A stretch of 64,000 nucleotides of DNA from Myxococcota bacterium (GTDB taxonomy: Bacteria > Myxococcota_A > UBA796 > SXON01), in contig JAZKFH010000063.1 of the NCBI GenBank assembly GCA_040386535.1, positions 1 through 64,000 of the forward strand, written 5' to 3'. The notes beneath the pieces were generated by a model, which was given only the letters and a program-made list of their open reading frames with translations, did no database searches and was not told where the DNA came from. Shown piece by piece: positions 45,556 to 54,894 of the stretch. The translations under genes and the position numbers were made by a program. Each line of letters starts with the position of its first letter. The first letter of the stretch is position 1.

Positions 45556-46752
45556 TCATCGCACCCAGATGGCCTGAGCCCCGCCGGGCGTCGGGTAGTA
45601 GAGCCAGTTGCCGCCCCACGTGGTGGCGAGGCAATTGGACGCGTCGCTGCCGCAGAGGGTCAGGCCCTGGTTGACGGCGGTGCTCTCGGAGAAGTCCCAG
45701 CCGGAGCCCAGCGAGCCGTGGCCCTTGCAGTCCAACGGTGCGCCGGAGGGGGTGTCGGTGGAGCCGATGCCAGCGTCCGTGTACGCCGCGCTCCCACCGC
45801 ACCACCAGTAGCCTTCCTCGCCGTAGAGGTAGTAGCCGTCGCTGCCGAAGGGGATGCGGAGCGACGCGCGGGGGATGACGCGCGAGCCGTAGGTGGCGCC
45901 GCCGCTGGCATAGGCACCCAGGCGCAGCTCCTCCCAGCCGAACGACTCGAGCTCCAGCCAGGCGAGCACGTCGTCCCCGGACAACGTGGCGGCCTCTGGC
46001 GACACACCGAGGTCGTCCGCGTCGCGGTAGGCGCCGCCGAACCCCGTGTGGTCGCCCGGCCCGGCCGAGGTGGTGAGGAGGCCGAGCGTCCACCCGCCGC
46101 CCTCCGTGGTCATGTCGCACCACAGCCGCGTCAGGACGCCTGACGGCAGGGCGATCCAGTAGGCCCCGTCCGCCGCCGTGCCGCGCGCCTCCAGCGCCTC
46201 CTTGCAGCTCTCCGCGGGGCACAACACGCCCGCGCCGGGCTCGACTTCGGCGCTCCCGTCGCAGTCGCGGTCGACGCCATCGCAGCCCTCTTCCGCGTCG
46301 GGATGTACGGTGGGGTCCGCGTCGTCGCAGTCCCCACCTACCAGCGTGAGCCCGTCGGCGTAGAAGCACGCGTCGACCCCGCCGGCCTCGCCGTAGCCGT
46401 CCCCGTCGGCGTCCACGAAGAAGGGGAGGCCGTCGGCCACGTCGTCGTCGGCGTCGTCCACGCGCCCGTCACAATCGTCGTCCACGCCGTTGCACACCTC
46501 GGGGGCGCCCGGGTTGACGCGGAAGTTGGTGTCGTCGCAGTCGGTGGCGTCGGGGACCGAGGTGCCGCCGCAGCGGGGCGCGGGCACCGCGGGATCGCCG
46601 TGCCCGTCGAGGTCGGCGTCGGCGAAGCAGGGGAGGTCGGTGTCCGCGGCGGTGTCCGTGTCGACGCCGGGATCGGTGTCGGTGTCGGGCGGCGTGCCGG
46701 TGTCGGATTTCGGGGGGGCACCACAGGCCACCAGGAGCAGGAGCAGGGGCAT
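45556..46752 (-). CDS. Lipoprotein with MopE-like repeats and a fibrinogen-like (CDM..GGGW) domain
   Basis: MPLLLLLVA-C; DCDD…PGA.E.C.G.D.DCD repeats; ESC…DG.Y…WCDMTTEGGGWT. Confidence 0.8.
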   Translation of the reverse strand: MPLLLLLVACGAPPKSDTGTPPDTDTDPGVDTDTAADTDLPCFADADLDGHGDPAVPAPRCGGTSVPDATDCDDTNFRVNPGAPEVCNGVDDDCDGRVDDADDDVADGLPFFVDADGDGYGEAGGVDACFYADGLTLVGGDCDDADPTVHPDAEEGCDGVDRDCDGSAEVEPGAGVLCPAESCKEALEARGTAADGAYWIALPSGVLTRLWCDMTTEGGGWTLGLLTTSAGPGDHTGFGGAYRDADDLGVSPEAATLSGDDVLAWLELESFGWEELRLGAYASGGATYGSRVIPRASLRIPFGSDGYYLYGEEGYWWCGGSAAYTDAGIGSTDTPSGAPLDCKGHGSLGSGWDFSESTAVNQGLTLCGSDASNCLATTWGGNWLYYPTPGGAQAIWVR

Positions 46753-49304
46753 CACGCGCCCCTCGTCGAGCGCCGACGGTGGACCACGCCGAGGAGCAGC
46801 AGCGCCGTCCACGTCGGGACCCGCCCGCCCGTTCCACAGATGCAGCCGCCATCCTCGAACACGATGGGGTCGCCCTCCACGAACGGCTCGTCGGTGTCCA
46901 CCGTGCCGCCCGTCTCCCCCGTGTCGGCCGTGTCGTGCACCTCCGCCACGCCCCCGTGGATGCGGCGCAGCGTGTCCAGATCCTGCGCGCCGTCCGCCCA
47001 CACGTTCGGCGCGCCGAAGGTCGACGTGGTGGCGTCCTCGTAGTCCGCGGTCTCCCGCCGGAGCGCGGCCGTCGGCGTCTCCGCGAGGAACCCGACCTCG
47101 GTGGAGCCCACGCCGCCCGCGCGGCCGACGCCCTCCCCGACGGGGCCGAGGCGCACGTGGCCGTCGGGATCCCAGGCGGTGAGCTGCCAGTCCTGGTGGG
47201 TCACGTCGAACGCCGCGGCGCTCACGTAGGCGCCGGTGCCGTCCGTCCCGGCGCGCAGGTGGAACCGCCAGTCGCCGCCGTCGGGATCGTACGCGGGGTC
47301 CTCCGGGAGGCCTTCCGCGATCGTCAGGATCGTTCCCGCACGCAGGTTTCCGAGCACCGGCGCGTCGGTGAACACGAGCGTGCCGGCGTGCCCCCCGCGA
47401 TCGGCCAGGGTGAGCGTCCATCCGCGCAGATCGAGGCCCTCCTCCACCACGAGGAGCTCGATCCAGTCGCCCCCGTTCCCCTCGCGCCGGCCGAGCGCGG
47501 CGTCGGCACCCTCGCCCTCGACGGCGCCGCCCTCGTCGCCGCCGAGCCATTTCTCCGTCTCGACCGCGTTCCACTCGTTGAGCACGAACGGTGGGGCGGC
47601 GTCGACCTCGTAGAAGCCCTGCTCCAGCGGCCCCCACGTGTCACCGATGCGGAGCCGCGCCATCACGACCGTCGACGCGTCGAACGTCACCGTGCGTGCC
47701 CCGTCGGGCCCGAGCGCGGCCGCCGAGGGCTCTCCACCGGGCTGCCGTGGGTCCTGCCCGTCGAGCGACACCCAGAGCTCCGCCGGCGAGCGGTCGGGCA
47801 CCTCGACCATCAGCGTGGTGCCGGGCTCGACGAGCCCCGGCGGGAGGTCGAACGTGGGTGCGCCGAGCGCGTACCAGCCGGCCGCGCGGAACTGGCGGTA
47901 GAGCTCGTCCGTCCGGTACGGAAAGTACTGGGTGAGGAGGCGGTCCCGCTCCACGATCCACTCGCCGTCGCGATCCCACCAGCCGAATCCCCACCGCGCG
48001 GACTCGCTGACCACGGCGCTCTCCGCGAGCGCGGCGAGCCGCTCGTAGCGGGCGCCGGCGGCCTCGGCCGAGAGCGGGCCCTCGAGGTTGCGGTGGATGG
48101 CGTCCGCGAGGGCAACCTGGAAGTCGGGGTGGCCCTCGGCCGTCAGGTAGTAGAAGACGTAGGAAGGACCGCCGTTGTCGAGGATGTTGACGGTGTAGTC
48201 GTAGTAGAGGCAGATGTCCGAGTCCGAGCTGTGGAAGCGGAACCCGCCCTCGCCCCGATCGGTCGGCCCGACCGCGATCCAATTGTGGTACGCGCTCCAG
48301 TCCCAGGCGTTGCCCGCGTAGAAGTTGAGCACCATGTAGTCGAGGAAGTCGGGGACGTTCACCCACTCGCGGAATGTCTCGTAGTCGCCCGAGCTCGCGA
48401 CGGCCGCGGCCCAGGCCGCCCCGCTCCCGTCGAACGCCGTGCCGCCGTTGATCGCCTCGTAGTCGTCCTCGTCACCGCCCAGGTATTCGGCGAGCATCGC
48501 CGCGTTCATGCGCTCGCGCACGTTGTAGAGGCCGTTGTAGACCCCGTTCACGTACACGTGGGCGAAGCGGCCGTGCGGCGCCACGTGGCCCATCTCGAGC
48601 TGGGACTCGTCCATCCAGTAGTTGCGCAGGTGCTGGCCCTGGGCGCCCAGGTAGAACACGGTGTCGTGGTTGCCGCCGCGCAGGGTCAACGCGTCGTGCT
48701 CGTCGGCCGGGGCCACGCCGGTCGCGTCTTCCCCATAGATGTCGAGCTCGAGCTTGCCGGGGCCATACTCCGAGCGGAACAGGATGCGGAAGCTGGTCTT
48801 CTCGTACGCCCAGCTCGTACCGCCGGAGATGTAGGCGCCGGCGTTCACGCCGAGATCGTCACCGTCCGGGTCGATCCACTCGATGGAGACGGCCTGCTCC
48901 GACATCTGCATGCCGCCGGGCACCACGAGCGAGATCGTCGGGAGCGCGCGCAGGTTCGATGCGACGATGGGGCCGTAGGTGGCATCGTTCACGATGGCCG
49001 GGTCCATCACGGAGGAGACGAGCACGTCGCCTACCGACACGTAGGTGTGCGTCACGATGTCCGACCGCGTGCGGTCCCCCGCCACCTCGACCGCGCGGAC
49101 GACCGTGGTGCCGTCGATGCCGAGCGGCGCGGTGTAGGGGAGGGTCGGCGCGCTGCCGTCGACGCTGTAGAGCAGCGTCCCGCCGGCCTCGGCGGTGAGG
49201 GTGAGCGTGAACGGTGCGTCGTACAGGCCGCGCTCCACGTCGAACGTGGGGGCGGCGAGCGCCGGGTTGGACAGCTGCGTGGACAGGAGCGTGAGGAGCA
49301 TCAC
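46752..49304 (-). CDS. CotH kinase with chitobiase/Fn3-associated and lamin-tail-like domains and MYXO-CTERM
   Basis: YSVDGS.P, K.SFR..F, VNG.Y.GLY..RE, DW..NW, ESARWG and LNEWNA…DWIEL; C-terminal GCICGTGG-TM-RRR. Confidence 0.8.
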   Translation of the reverse strand: MMLLTLLSTQLSNPALAAPTFDVERGLYDAPFTLTLTAEAGGTLLYSVDGSAPTLPYTAPLGIDGTTVVRAVEVAGDRTRSDIVTHTYVSVGDVLVSSVMDPAIVNDATYGPIVASNLRALPTISLVVPGGMQMSEQAVSIEWIDPDGDDLGVNAGAYISGGTSWAYEKTSFRILFRSEYGPGKLELDIYGEDATGVAPADEHDALTLRGGNHDTVFYLGAQGQHLRNYWMDESQLEMGHVAPHGRFAHVYVNGVYNGLYNVRERMNAAMLAEYLGGDEDDYEAINGGTAFDGSGAAWAAAVASSGDYETFREWVNVPDFLDYMVLNFYAGNAWDWSAYHNWIAVGPTDRGEGGFRFHSSDSDICLYYDYTVNILDNGGPSYVFYYLTAEGHPDFQVALADAIHRNLEGPLSAEAAGARYERLAALAESAVVSESARWGFGWWDRDGEWIVERDRLLTQYFPYRTDELYRQFRAAGWYALGAPTFDLPPGLVEPGTTLMVEVPDRSPAELWVSLDGQDPRQPGGEPSAAALGPDGARTVTFDASTVVMARLRIGDTWGPLEQGFYEVDAAPPFVLNEWNAVETEKWLGGDEGGAVEGEGADAALGRREGNGGDWIELLVVEEGLDLRGWTLTLADRGGHAGTLVFTDAPVLGNLRAGTILTIAEGLPEDPAYDPDGGDWRFHLRAGTDGTGAYVSAAAFDVTHQDWQLTAWDPDGHVRLGPVGEGVGRAGGVGSTEVGFLAETPTAALRRETADYEDATTSTFGAPNVWADGAQDLDTLRRIHGGVAEVHDTADTGETGGTVDTDEPFVEGDPIVFEDGGCICGTGGRVPTWTALLLLGVVHRRRSTRGA

Positions 49305-49328
49305 CCCGGACCGTAGCAGAAGCGTGGG

Positions 49329-50333
49329 TCAGGCGCCCCATTCGAGGGCGAGACAAGCCATGCTCATGCCGCCGCCGGACCCGATGAACACGCACAGATC
49401 GCCGTCGTGCACCTTGCCGGCGGTCACCGCGTCCGCCACACACATGCCGATGGAGGCCGAGCCGGTGTAACCGAAGCGGTCCATCACGAGGTGCGCGCGA
49501 TCCCGGGGCACGCCGAGCTTGTCGAGCGTCTCGTAGATGGAGAGCACGTTGAACTGCGTGAGGAACCAATGGTGCACGTCGCCCGGCTCCTTGCCGATCC
49601 GATCGAGGACGAGGCGGGCGATGCGCGGCCAGTGGGTGCCGTTGGTCTCGGGCGGGATGCGCTTGGGGAACGCGAGCAGATGGTCCTTGCGGGCGAGCAC
49701 GCCCGCGTCGAACGGTTTGGCGCTGCCGCCGGCGTAGATCCCCATGTAGTCGTGGTATTGGCCGTCGGTCCACAGGTGGCTCGCTTGGAACCCGCGGCCG
49801 CTGGTGGTGGCACGCACGATGGCGGCGCCCGCCCCGTCGGCGAACAACGTGGCGATCTTGTAGTCGTCGAGGTTGAGCCACTTGCTCATCGCGTAGGCAC
49901 CGACGACGAGGATGGTCTGGTATTGCTCGTCGGCCCGGATGTACTTGTCCGCGAGATCGAGCGCGGTGACGAACCCGGCGCAGGCGGTGTTGATGTCGAA
50001 GGTGCCGGCGCGGGCGGCGCCGAGCCGGTACGCCACGACGGAGGCGGTGGAGGGGGAGAGGTAGTCGGGGGTGTCGGTGGAGACGACGATCAGATCGAGC
50101 TGATCGGCGGTGACGCCCGCGGCCTTCATCGCGGCCTCGGCGGCGGGGACGATGAGATCGGACGTACGTTGGTCCGGCGCCATCCACCGGCGCTCGAGGA
50201 TGTTGCGCTGGTCGCGCAGGAAGGTGGAGATGTCACGGCCGTAGCGAGCGTCGAAGAACGCGTTGGGGACGACGCGCTCGGGGACGTACATGCCCGTGCC
50301 GGTGATGGTGGCGCGGCGGGTGGGCGTGGTCAC
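49329..50333 (-). CDS. FabH/KAS III-like protein with a non-canonical triad
   Basis: GTG.YVP, ERR, ACAGF (Cys) and LFADGAGA; His site reads FLTQFN and Asn site reads FGYTGSA. Confidence 0.85.
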   Translation of the reverse strand: MTTPTRRATITGTGMYVPERVVPNAFFDARYGRDISTFLRDQRNILERRWMAPDQRTSDLIVPAAEAAMKAAGVTADQLDLIVVSTDTPDYLSPSTASVVAYRLGAARAGTFDINTACAGFVTALDLADKYIRADEQYQTILVVGAYAMSKWLNLDDYKIATLFADGAGAAIVRATTSGRGFQASHLWTDGQYHDYMGIYAGGSAKPFDAGVLARKDHLLAFPKRIPPETNGTHWPRIARLVLDRIGKEPGDVHHWFLTQFNVLSIYETLDKLGVPRDRAHLVMDRFGYTGSASIGMCVADAVTAGKVHDGDLCVFIGSGGGMSMACLALEWGA

Positions 50334-50758
50334 TGGACCCACTCGCCGTCGAACGTCCAGGTCACCACACACCCCTCCGCGTACGCCTCACAATCGGCGC
50401 CCAGGCAGGTGGTCGAGATCTCCCACTCCGAGTCGAACGCGTAGGAGGAAATCCACTCACCGTCGACCGTCACGCGGGTCTGGAACGTCGCGTCGCGCCC
50501 GCGGATCGGCTCCTCGTCGGCGAGGACACACGTGAACACGAGGCCGAAGCGCTCACACTCGATCGTGTCGTCCAACGTCATGCTCTCGCCGTCCTCCGAG
50601 AGCGTGACGTCCGTGGCGTTGACGCTCTGCAGGTCGGCAAGGTCGAGCTCCCAGACGTCCACACAGGCATCGTCCGCGACGAAGTTCTCCACCGTTGCCA
50701 TGTAGGTGCCCTCGGTGGGCTCGATGAAGAGGGTGCAGCCGGTCAGGAGGAGGAGCAT
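50330..50758 (-). CDS. Hypothetical Cys-rich lipoprotein
   Basis: MLLLLTG-C; acidic, with several Cys; GTGA overlap with the FabH-like gene. Confidence 0.65.
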   Translation of the reverse strand: MLLLLTGCTLFIEPTEGTYMATVENFVADDACVDVWELDLADLQSVNATDVTLSEDGESMTLDDTIECERFGLVFTCVLADEEPIRGRDATFQTRVTVDGEWISSYAFDSEWEISTTCLGADCEAYAEGCVVTWTFDGEWVQ

Positions 50759-50869
50759 GGGCGTGTCCCGGAGGGGCTGCTCGTAACGGCGTCGCAGCCC
50801 GGTCGCCATCGCCGGGCCCGTTGACTACACGTGCGTCCGTGCGTATGGATGGCGCCTCCCGAGGCCCCC

Positions 50870-51337
50870 ATGAAAATCGACATCGGCATCTCCGAGCCCG
50901 AGCGTGAAGAGATCGTCGCGGGTCTGTCGCGACTCCTCGCCGACACGTACACCCTCTACCTCAAGACGCACAACTTCCACTGGAACGTGACGGGGCCGAT
51001 GTTCAACACGCTCCACCTCATGTTCATGGCGCAGTACACGGAGATGTGGACCTCCGTCGATCTCGTCGCGGAGCGGATCCGCTCGCTCGGCGCGCCGGCA
51101 CCCGGCACGTACGAGGAGTTCGCGAAGCTCACCTCGATCGCCTCCACTGCGGGCGTGCCCGCGGCGATGGAGATGGTCCGGCAGCTCGTGCAGGGCCACG
51201 AGGCCGTGATCCGCACGGCGCGCTCCGTGTTCCCGGTGGTGGAGAAGGCGGGGGACGAGGCCTCGGCCGACCTGCTCACCCAGCGGCTCCAGGTGCACGA
51301 GAAGACCGCGTGGATGTTGCGGAGCCTCCTGGAATAA
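50870..51337 (+). CDS. dps: Dps DNA-protection ferritin-like protein
   Basis: [17 protein letters not shown]…D..AERI…HEKTAWML motifs. Confidence 0.95.
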   Translation: MKIDIGISEPEREEIVAGLSRLLADTYTLYLKTHNFHWNVTGPMFNTLHLMFMAQYTEMWTSVDLVAERIRSLGAPAPGTYEEFAKLTSIASTAGVPAAMEMVRQLVQGHEAVIRTARSVFPVVEKAGDEASADLLTQRLQVHEKTAWMLRSLLE

Positions 51338-51379
51338 ACGACGGTTGGCCCGCGGTTCGGATCGCCCTACCTTCAGGGG

Positions 51380-52657
51380 GTGAGCCCTCCGACCGCGACC
51401 GTCCTGGGTGCCAGGGATCCAGGGAACGTCCTCCGTGAAGCCGACCGCGCGGCGCTGCGCGACCGGTTCCGCGCCGTCCGCGCCGCCACGGAGGCGCTCG
51501 CCGCGCCGCTCTCGCCGGAGGATCAGCAGCTCCAGTCGATGCCCGCGTGCAGCCCGACCAAGTGGCATCGGGCGCACACCACCTGGTTCTTCGAGACGTT
51601 CGTGCTGGCGCCGTGCGGGGTCCTCCCCGTGGATCCACGCTACGGCGCGCTGTTCAACTCCTACTACGAGGCCCTGGGGCCCCGGCACCCGCGCCCCCGC
51701 CGGGGAATGCTCTCGCGGCCGAGCATTGCCGAGGTGGGGGCCTGGCGGCGCGAGGTGGACGCGCGCGTGGACCGTCTGCTCGCGACGCTCGATGCGCGCG
51801 GGCTGGCCAAGGTCGCGCCCCTCGTCACGCTCGGCCTCGCGCACGAGGAGCAGCACCAGGAGCTGCTCCTCACCGACATCCTCCACGCCTTCTCGGAGAG
51901 CCCGCTCCAACCCGCCTATCTGCCCCCCGAGGCCTGGCTGCCCACGGAGAGCTGGCGGCCGCCTCGGCATGGCGAGCCGCACGATTGGGTGGCGTTCGGG
52001 GAGGGGGCGGTCACGATCGGAGCAGACCGGGGGGCGGACAGCGGGGCGTTCCTGTTCGACAACGAGGGGCCGCGTCACCAGGTGTGGCTCGCCCCGTACG
52101 CGTTGGCGACGCGCTTGGTGACCGTGGGGGAGGCCCGCGCGTTCGTCGACGCGGGCGGCTACGACACGCCCTCGCTCTGGCTCTCCGACGGTCTGGACTT
52201 CGTGCGCGCGCACGGCCTGCGCGCCCCCGGATACGTCACGCGCGCGGACGGCGCATGGCGTGTGTTCGGACTCCACGGGGCCCGCGAGGCGCGGGACGAC
52301 GAGCCCGTGGCCCACCTCTCCTACTACGAAGCCGACGCCCTGGCGCGATTCCTGGGGGCGCGGCTCCCGACGGAGGCGGAGTGGGAGAACGCGGCGAGAG
52401 CGCCATCCGCGCTCGGCCAACTGTACGGTGACGCCTGGCAATGGACCTCGTCCGCCTATTCGCCCTACCCGGGCTACACACCTCCCGTCGGCGCGGTGGG
52501 AGAATACAATGGAAAGTTCATGGTGAACCAAGTGGTCTTGCGTGGGGGGAGCCGCCTGACGCCGCCGGGGCACACCCGCGTGACGTATCGGAACTTCTGG
52601 CCTCCCGACACACGCTTCCAGGTCGCCGGGCTCCGCCTCGCCCGGGACGTGCGATGA
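51380..52657 (+). CDS. egtB: Ergothioneine biosynthesis sulfoxide synthase
   Basis: SPTKWH.AHTTWFFE, LFNSYY, HEEQHQEL and FGE-sulfatase domain EYNGKFM. Confidence 0.92.
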   Translation: MSPPTATVLGARDPGNVLREADRAALRDRFRAVRAATEALAAPLSPEDQQLQSMPACSPTKWHRAHTTWFFETFVLAPCGVLPVDPRYGALFNSYYEALGPRHPRPRRGMLSRPSIAEVGAWRREVDARVDRLLATLDARGLAKVAPLVTLGLAHEEQHQELLLTDILHAFSESPLQPAYLPPEAWLPTESWRPPRHGEPHDWVAFGEGAVTIGADRGADSGAFLFDNEGPRHQVWLAPYALATRLVTVGEARAFVDAGGYDTPSLWLSDGLDFVRAHGLRAPGYVTRADGAWRVFGLHGAREARDDEPVAHLSYYEADALARFLGARLPTEAEWENAARAPSALGQLYGDAWQWTSSAYSPYPGYTPPVGAVGEYNGKFMVNQVVLRGGSRLTPPGHTRVTYRNFWPPDTRFQVAGLRLARDVR

Positions 52658-53640
52658 GCGCCGTCCTGCTGGAGGCGCCGCCGCTCGACATCGGGGTGGC
52701 GAGCGTGGTGCGGGAGGGGCTCGGACGCCCTGACAAGCGCCTGCCCGCGTGGCTCCTCTACGACGACGAGGGGTCGCGGCTCTTCGAGCGGATCACGCTG
52801 CTCCCCAGCTACTACCTGACCCGCGCCGAGCGCGCGGTGCTCGAGATGAACGGGGGCGAGATCCTCGACGTGGCGGGTGGCGCCGACCTCGAGGAGGTGG
52901 TGGAGCTCGGCGCGGGCACCGCGACCAAGTCCCAGCTGCTGCTCGAGGTGCTCGTGGCCCGCCGGGGTTCCACCCGTTTCGTGCCGGTGGACGTGTCCGC
53001 CGCGCCCGTGAACCTGGCCCGTGCGCGCCTCGCACGCCAGCTCCCCACGGTGAGGGTGGCGCCGTTGTTCCAGCGGCACGAGGGCGCGCTCGCCGCGTTG
53101 GCGACCCGCCCCGCGCGGCGCGTGGTGTTGTTCCTGGGAAGCTCCATCGGGAACCTCGAGCCCGACGAGGCGCGGTCGCTCCTCCGTGCGGTCCGGTGGT
53201 GTGTCACGCCCGGCCCCGACGGCTCGGGTGGCATGTTGGTGCTCGGCACCGATCTGCGCAAGTCACCGGAGATGTTGATCCCCGCCTACGACGACCCCGA
53301 GGGGGTGTCGGCCAGCTTCAACAAGAACGTCCTGACGCGCATCAACCGCGAATTGGGCGGGCGCTTCGACCTCGCCGCCTTTCGCCACGTCGCGGAGTGG
53401 AACGAGGCCGGCTCTCGAATGGAGATGTACCTGGAGAGCCTGCACGAACAATCCGTTCCCATCGCGGCCCTCGGCATGACCGTGCACCTCGGGGAGGGTG
53501 AGCGCATCCATACGGAGAGCAGCCAGAAATATGGGCTCGACGACGTGGACGCCATGCTCCAATCCGCGGGGCTGCGACGGATCCAGACGTGGATGGATCC
53601 GTTGGAGCGGTTCGCGGTGCACGTGGCGGGCGTGGGGTAG
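52654..53640 (+). CDS. egtD: L-histidine N-alpha-methyltransferase
   Basis: YDD.GS.LFE.IT.LP.YY.TRAE, ELGAG, FLGSSIGN, AYDD..GV.A.FN and E.IHTE.S.KY. Confidence 0.93.
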   Translation: MSAVLLEAPPLDIGVASVVREGLGRPDKRLPAWLLYDDEGSRLFERITLLPSYYLTRAERAVLEMNGGEILDVAGGADLEEVVELGAGTATKSQLLLEVLVARRGSTRFVPVDVSAAPVNLARARLARQLPTVRVAPLFQRHEGALAALATRPARRVVLFLGSSIGNLEPDEARSLLRAVRWCVTPGPDGSGGMLVLGTDLRKSPEMLIPAYDDPEGVSASFNKNVLTRINRELGGRFDLAAFRHVAEWNEAGSRMEMYLESLHEQSVPIAALGMTVHLGEGERIHTESSQKYGLDDVDAMLQSAGLRRIQTWMDPLERFAVHVAGVG

Positions 53641-53661
53641 GGGAGCGCGGCCGGGGTCGGG

Positions 53662-54894
53662 TCAGCCCGAGCCCGGTTCGCCCGAGACCTCCAGCGCCAG
53701 GATCGAGATGTCGTCTTTCGGCCTCTCGGAGCCACGCCACCGCGAGATCTCCCCGAGGAGCGTGGTCATGCCGTCCTGTAGCGACGAGGAGCGCCGTTCG
53801 CGGATGGCCTCCAGGAGACGCGCGGTGCCGAACTGCTCGCCGGAGGGGTCCCGCGCTTCGGGGACGCCATTCGAGTACAGGTACAGGCGGTCTCCAGCCC
53901 GCAGGCGGACCGACTGCTCCTCGTAGGCCGTGTCGGCCAGGCCGATCGGGCGACCGGCGTGCTCCAGGACCACGGGATCGGCGTCGGCGGGCAGGTGCAC
54001 CGGGCCGGGGTGCCCGGCGGCGACGTAGCGGAACTCTCCGGTCCCCGCGTTCAGCACGCCATAGAGCATGGTCGTGGTCGGCTCGGACGCCGCGTCGAAC
54101 GGGAAGAGCCGGTTCAGCCGGACGGCGACCTCGGCGGGCGGCGTGATGTCGACGGGATTCCCCTCGCGGACGAGGATCGACGAGGGCTCCGACGGCGGCG
54201 CGAGGAGCCGGCTCAGCGCCACGGACAACAGAGCGGCCGCCACGCCACGGCCGCTCACGTCCAGGACGTACAGGCCGACCGAGCCATCCCCGAAGTGGAT
54301 CACGTTCAGCGAATCGCCGGCCAACTCGTCACAGGAGCGGTAGATCCAGGCGAAGTTCATGCCGCCGACACGCGGCACGGCGCGGGGGAGGAACATCTCC
54401 CGGATCTGTTCCGCGGCCGCGAGGTCACGGGACAACCGGCGGTTGGCCTCTGCCAGCCGCGTGTTCGCCTCCTCCAGCTCGGTTTGCAGGCGGCGAAGCT
54501 TCAGGTGTGTCTCGACGCGGGCGTGCAGCTCTTCCATCTGGAACGGCTTGGTGAGGTAGTCCACGCCGCCCAGGGAGAAGGCCTTCACCTTGTCGAGCTG
54601 CTCGGTGAGGGCGCTGATGAAAATTACGGGGATCCCTTTCAGCCTGTCGTCGGCCTTGAGCTGCTGACACACCTCGTAGCCGTTCATCTCCGGCATGTTG
54701 ATGTCCAGCAGGATCAACTCCGGCGGATCTCGCATGGCCGCCGCCAGCGCCAACTTACCGCTTGGAACCGGGCGAACCTTGTAGCCGCGGTCCTTGAGCA
54801 TGCCGGCCAACACCTGCAGGTTCGCGGGGGTGTCGTCGACCACCAGGATGCCTGCCGGCTGCTTGGGGCCGCTCCCGGGCTTGTCGGCAATCAT
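53662..54894 (-). CDS. Response regulator with SpoIIE/PP2C phosphatase domain
   Basis: REC (VDD, LLDI.MP, KP), then GD, DVSG.G, AGHP, YSNG and DDIS. Confidence 0.88.
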   Translation of the reverse strand: MIADKPGSGPKQPAGILVVDDTPANLQVLAGMLKDRGYKVRPVPSGKLALAAAMRDPPELILLDINMPEMNGYEVCQQLKADDRLKGIPVIFISALTEQLDKVKAFSLGGVDYLTKPFQMEELHARVETHLKLRRLQTELEEANTRLAEANRRLSRDLAAAEQIREMFLPRAVPRVGGMNFAWIYRSCDELAGDSLNVIHFGDGSVGLYVLDVSGRGVAAALLSVALSRLLAPPSEPSSILVREGNPVDITPPAEVAVRLNRLFPFDAASEPTTTMLYGVLNAGTGEFRYVAAGHPGPVHLPADADPVVLEHAGRPIGLADTAYEEQSVRLRAGDRLYLYSNGVPEARDPSGEQFGTARLLEAIRERRSSSLQDGMTTLLGEISRWRGSERPKDDISILALEVSGEPGSG

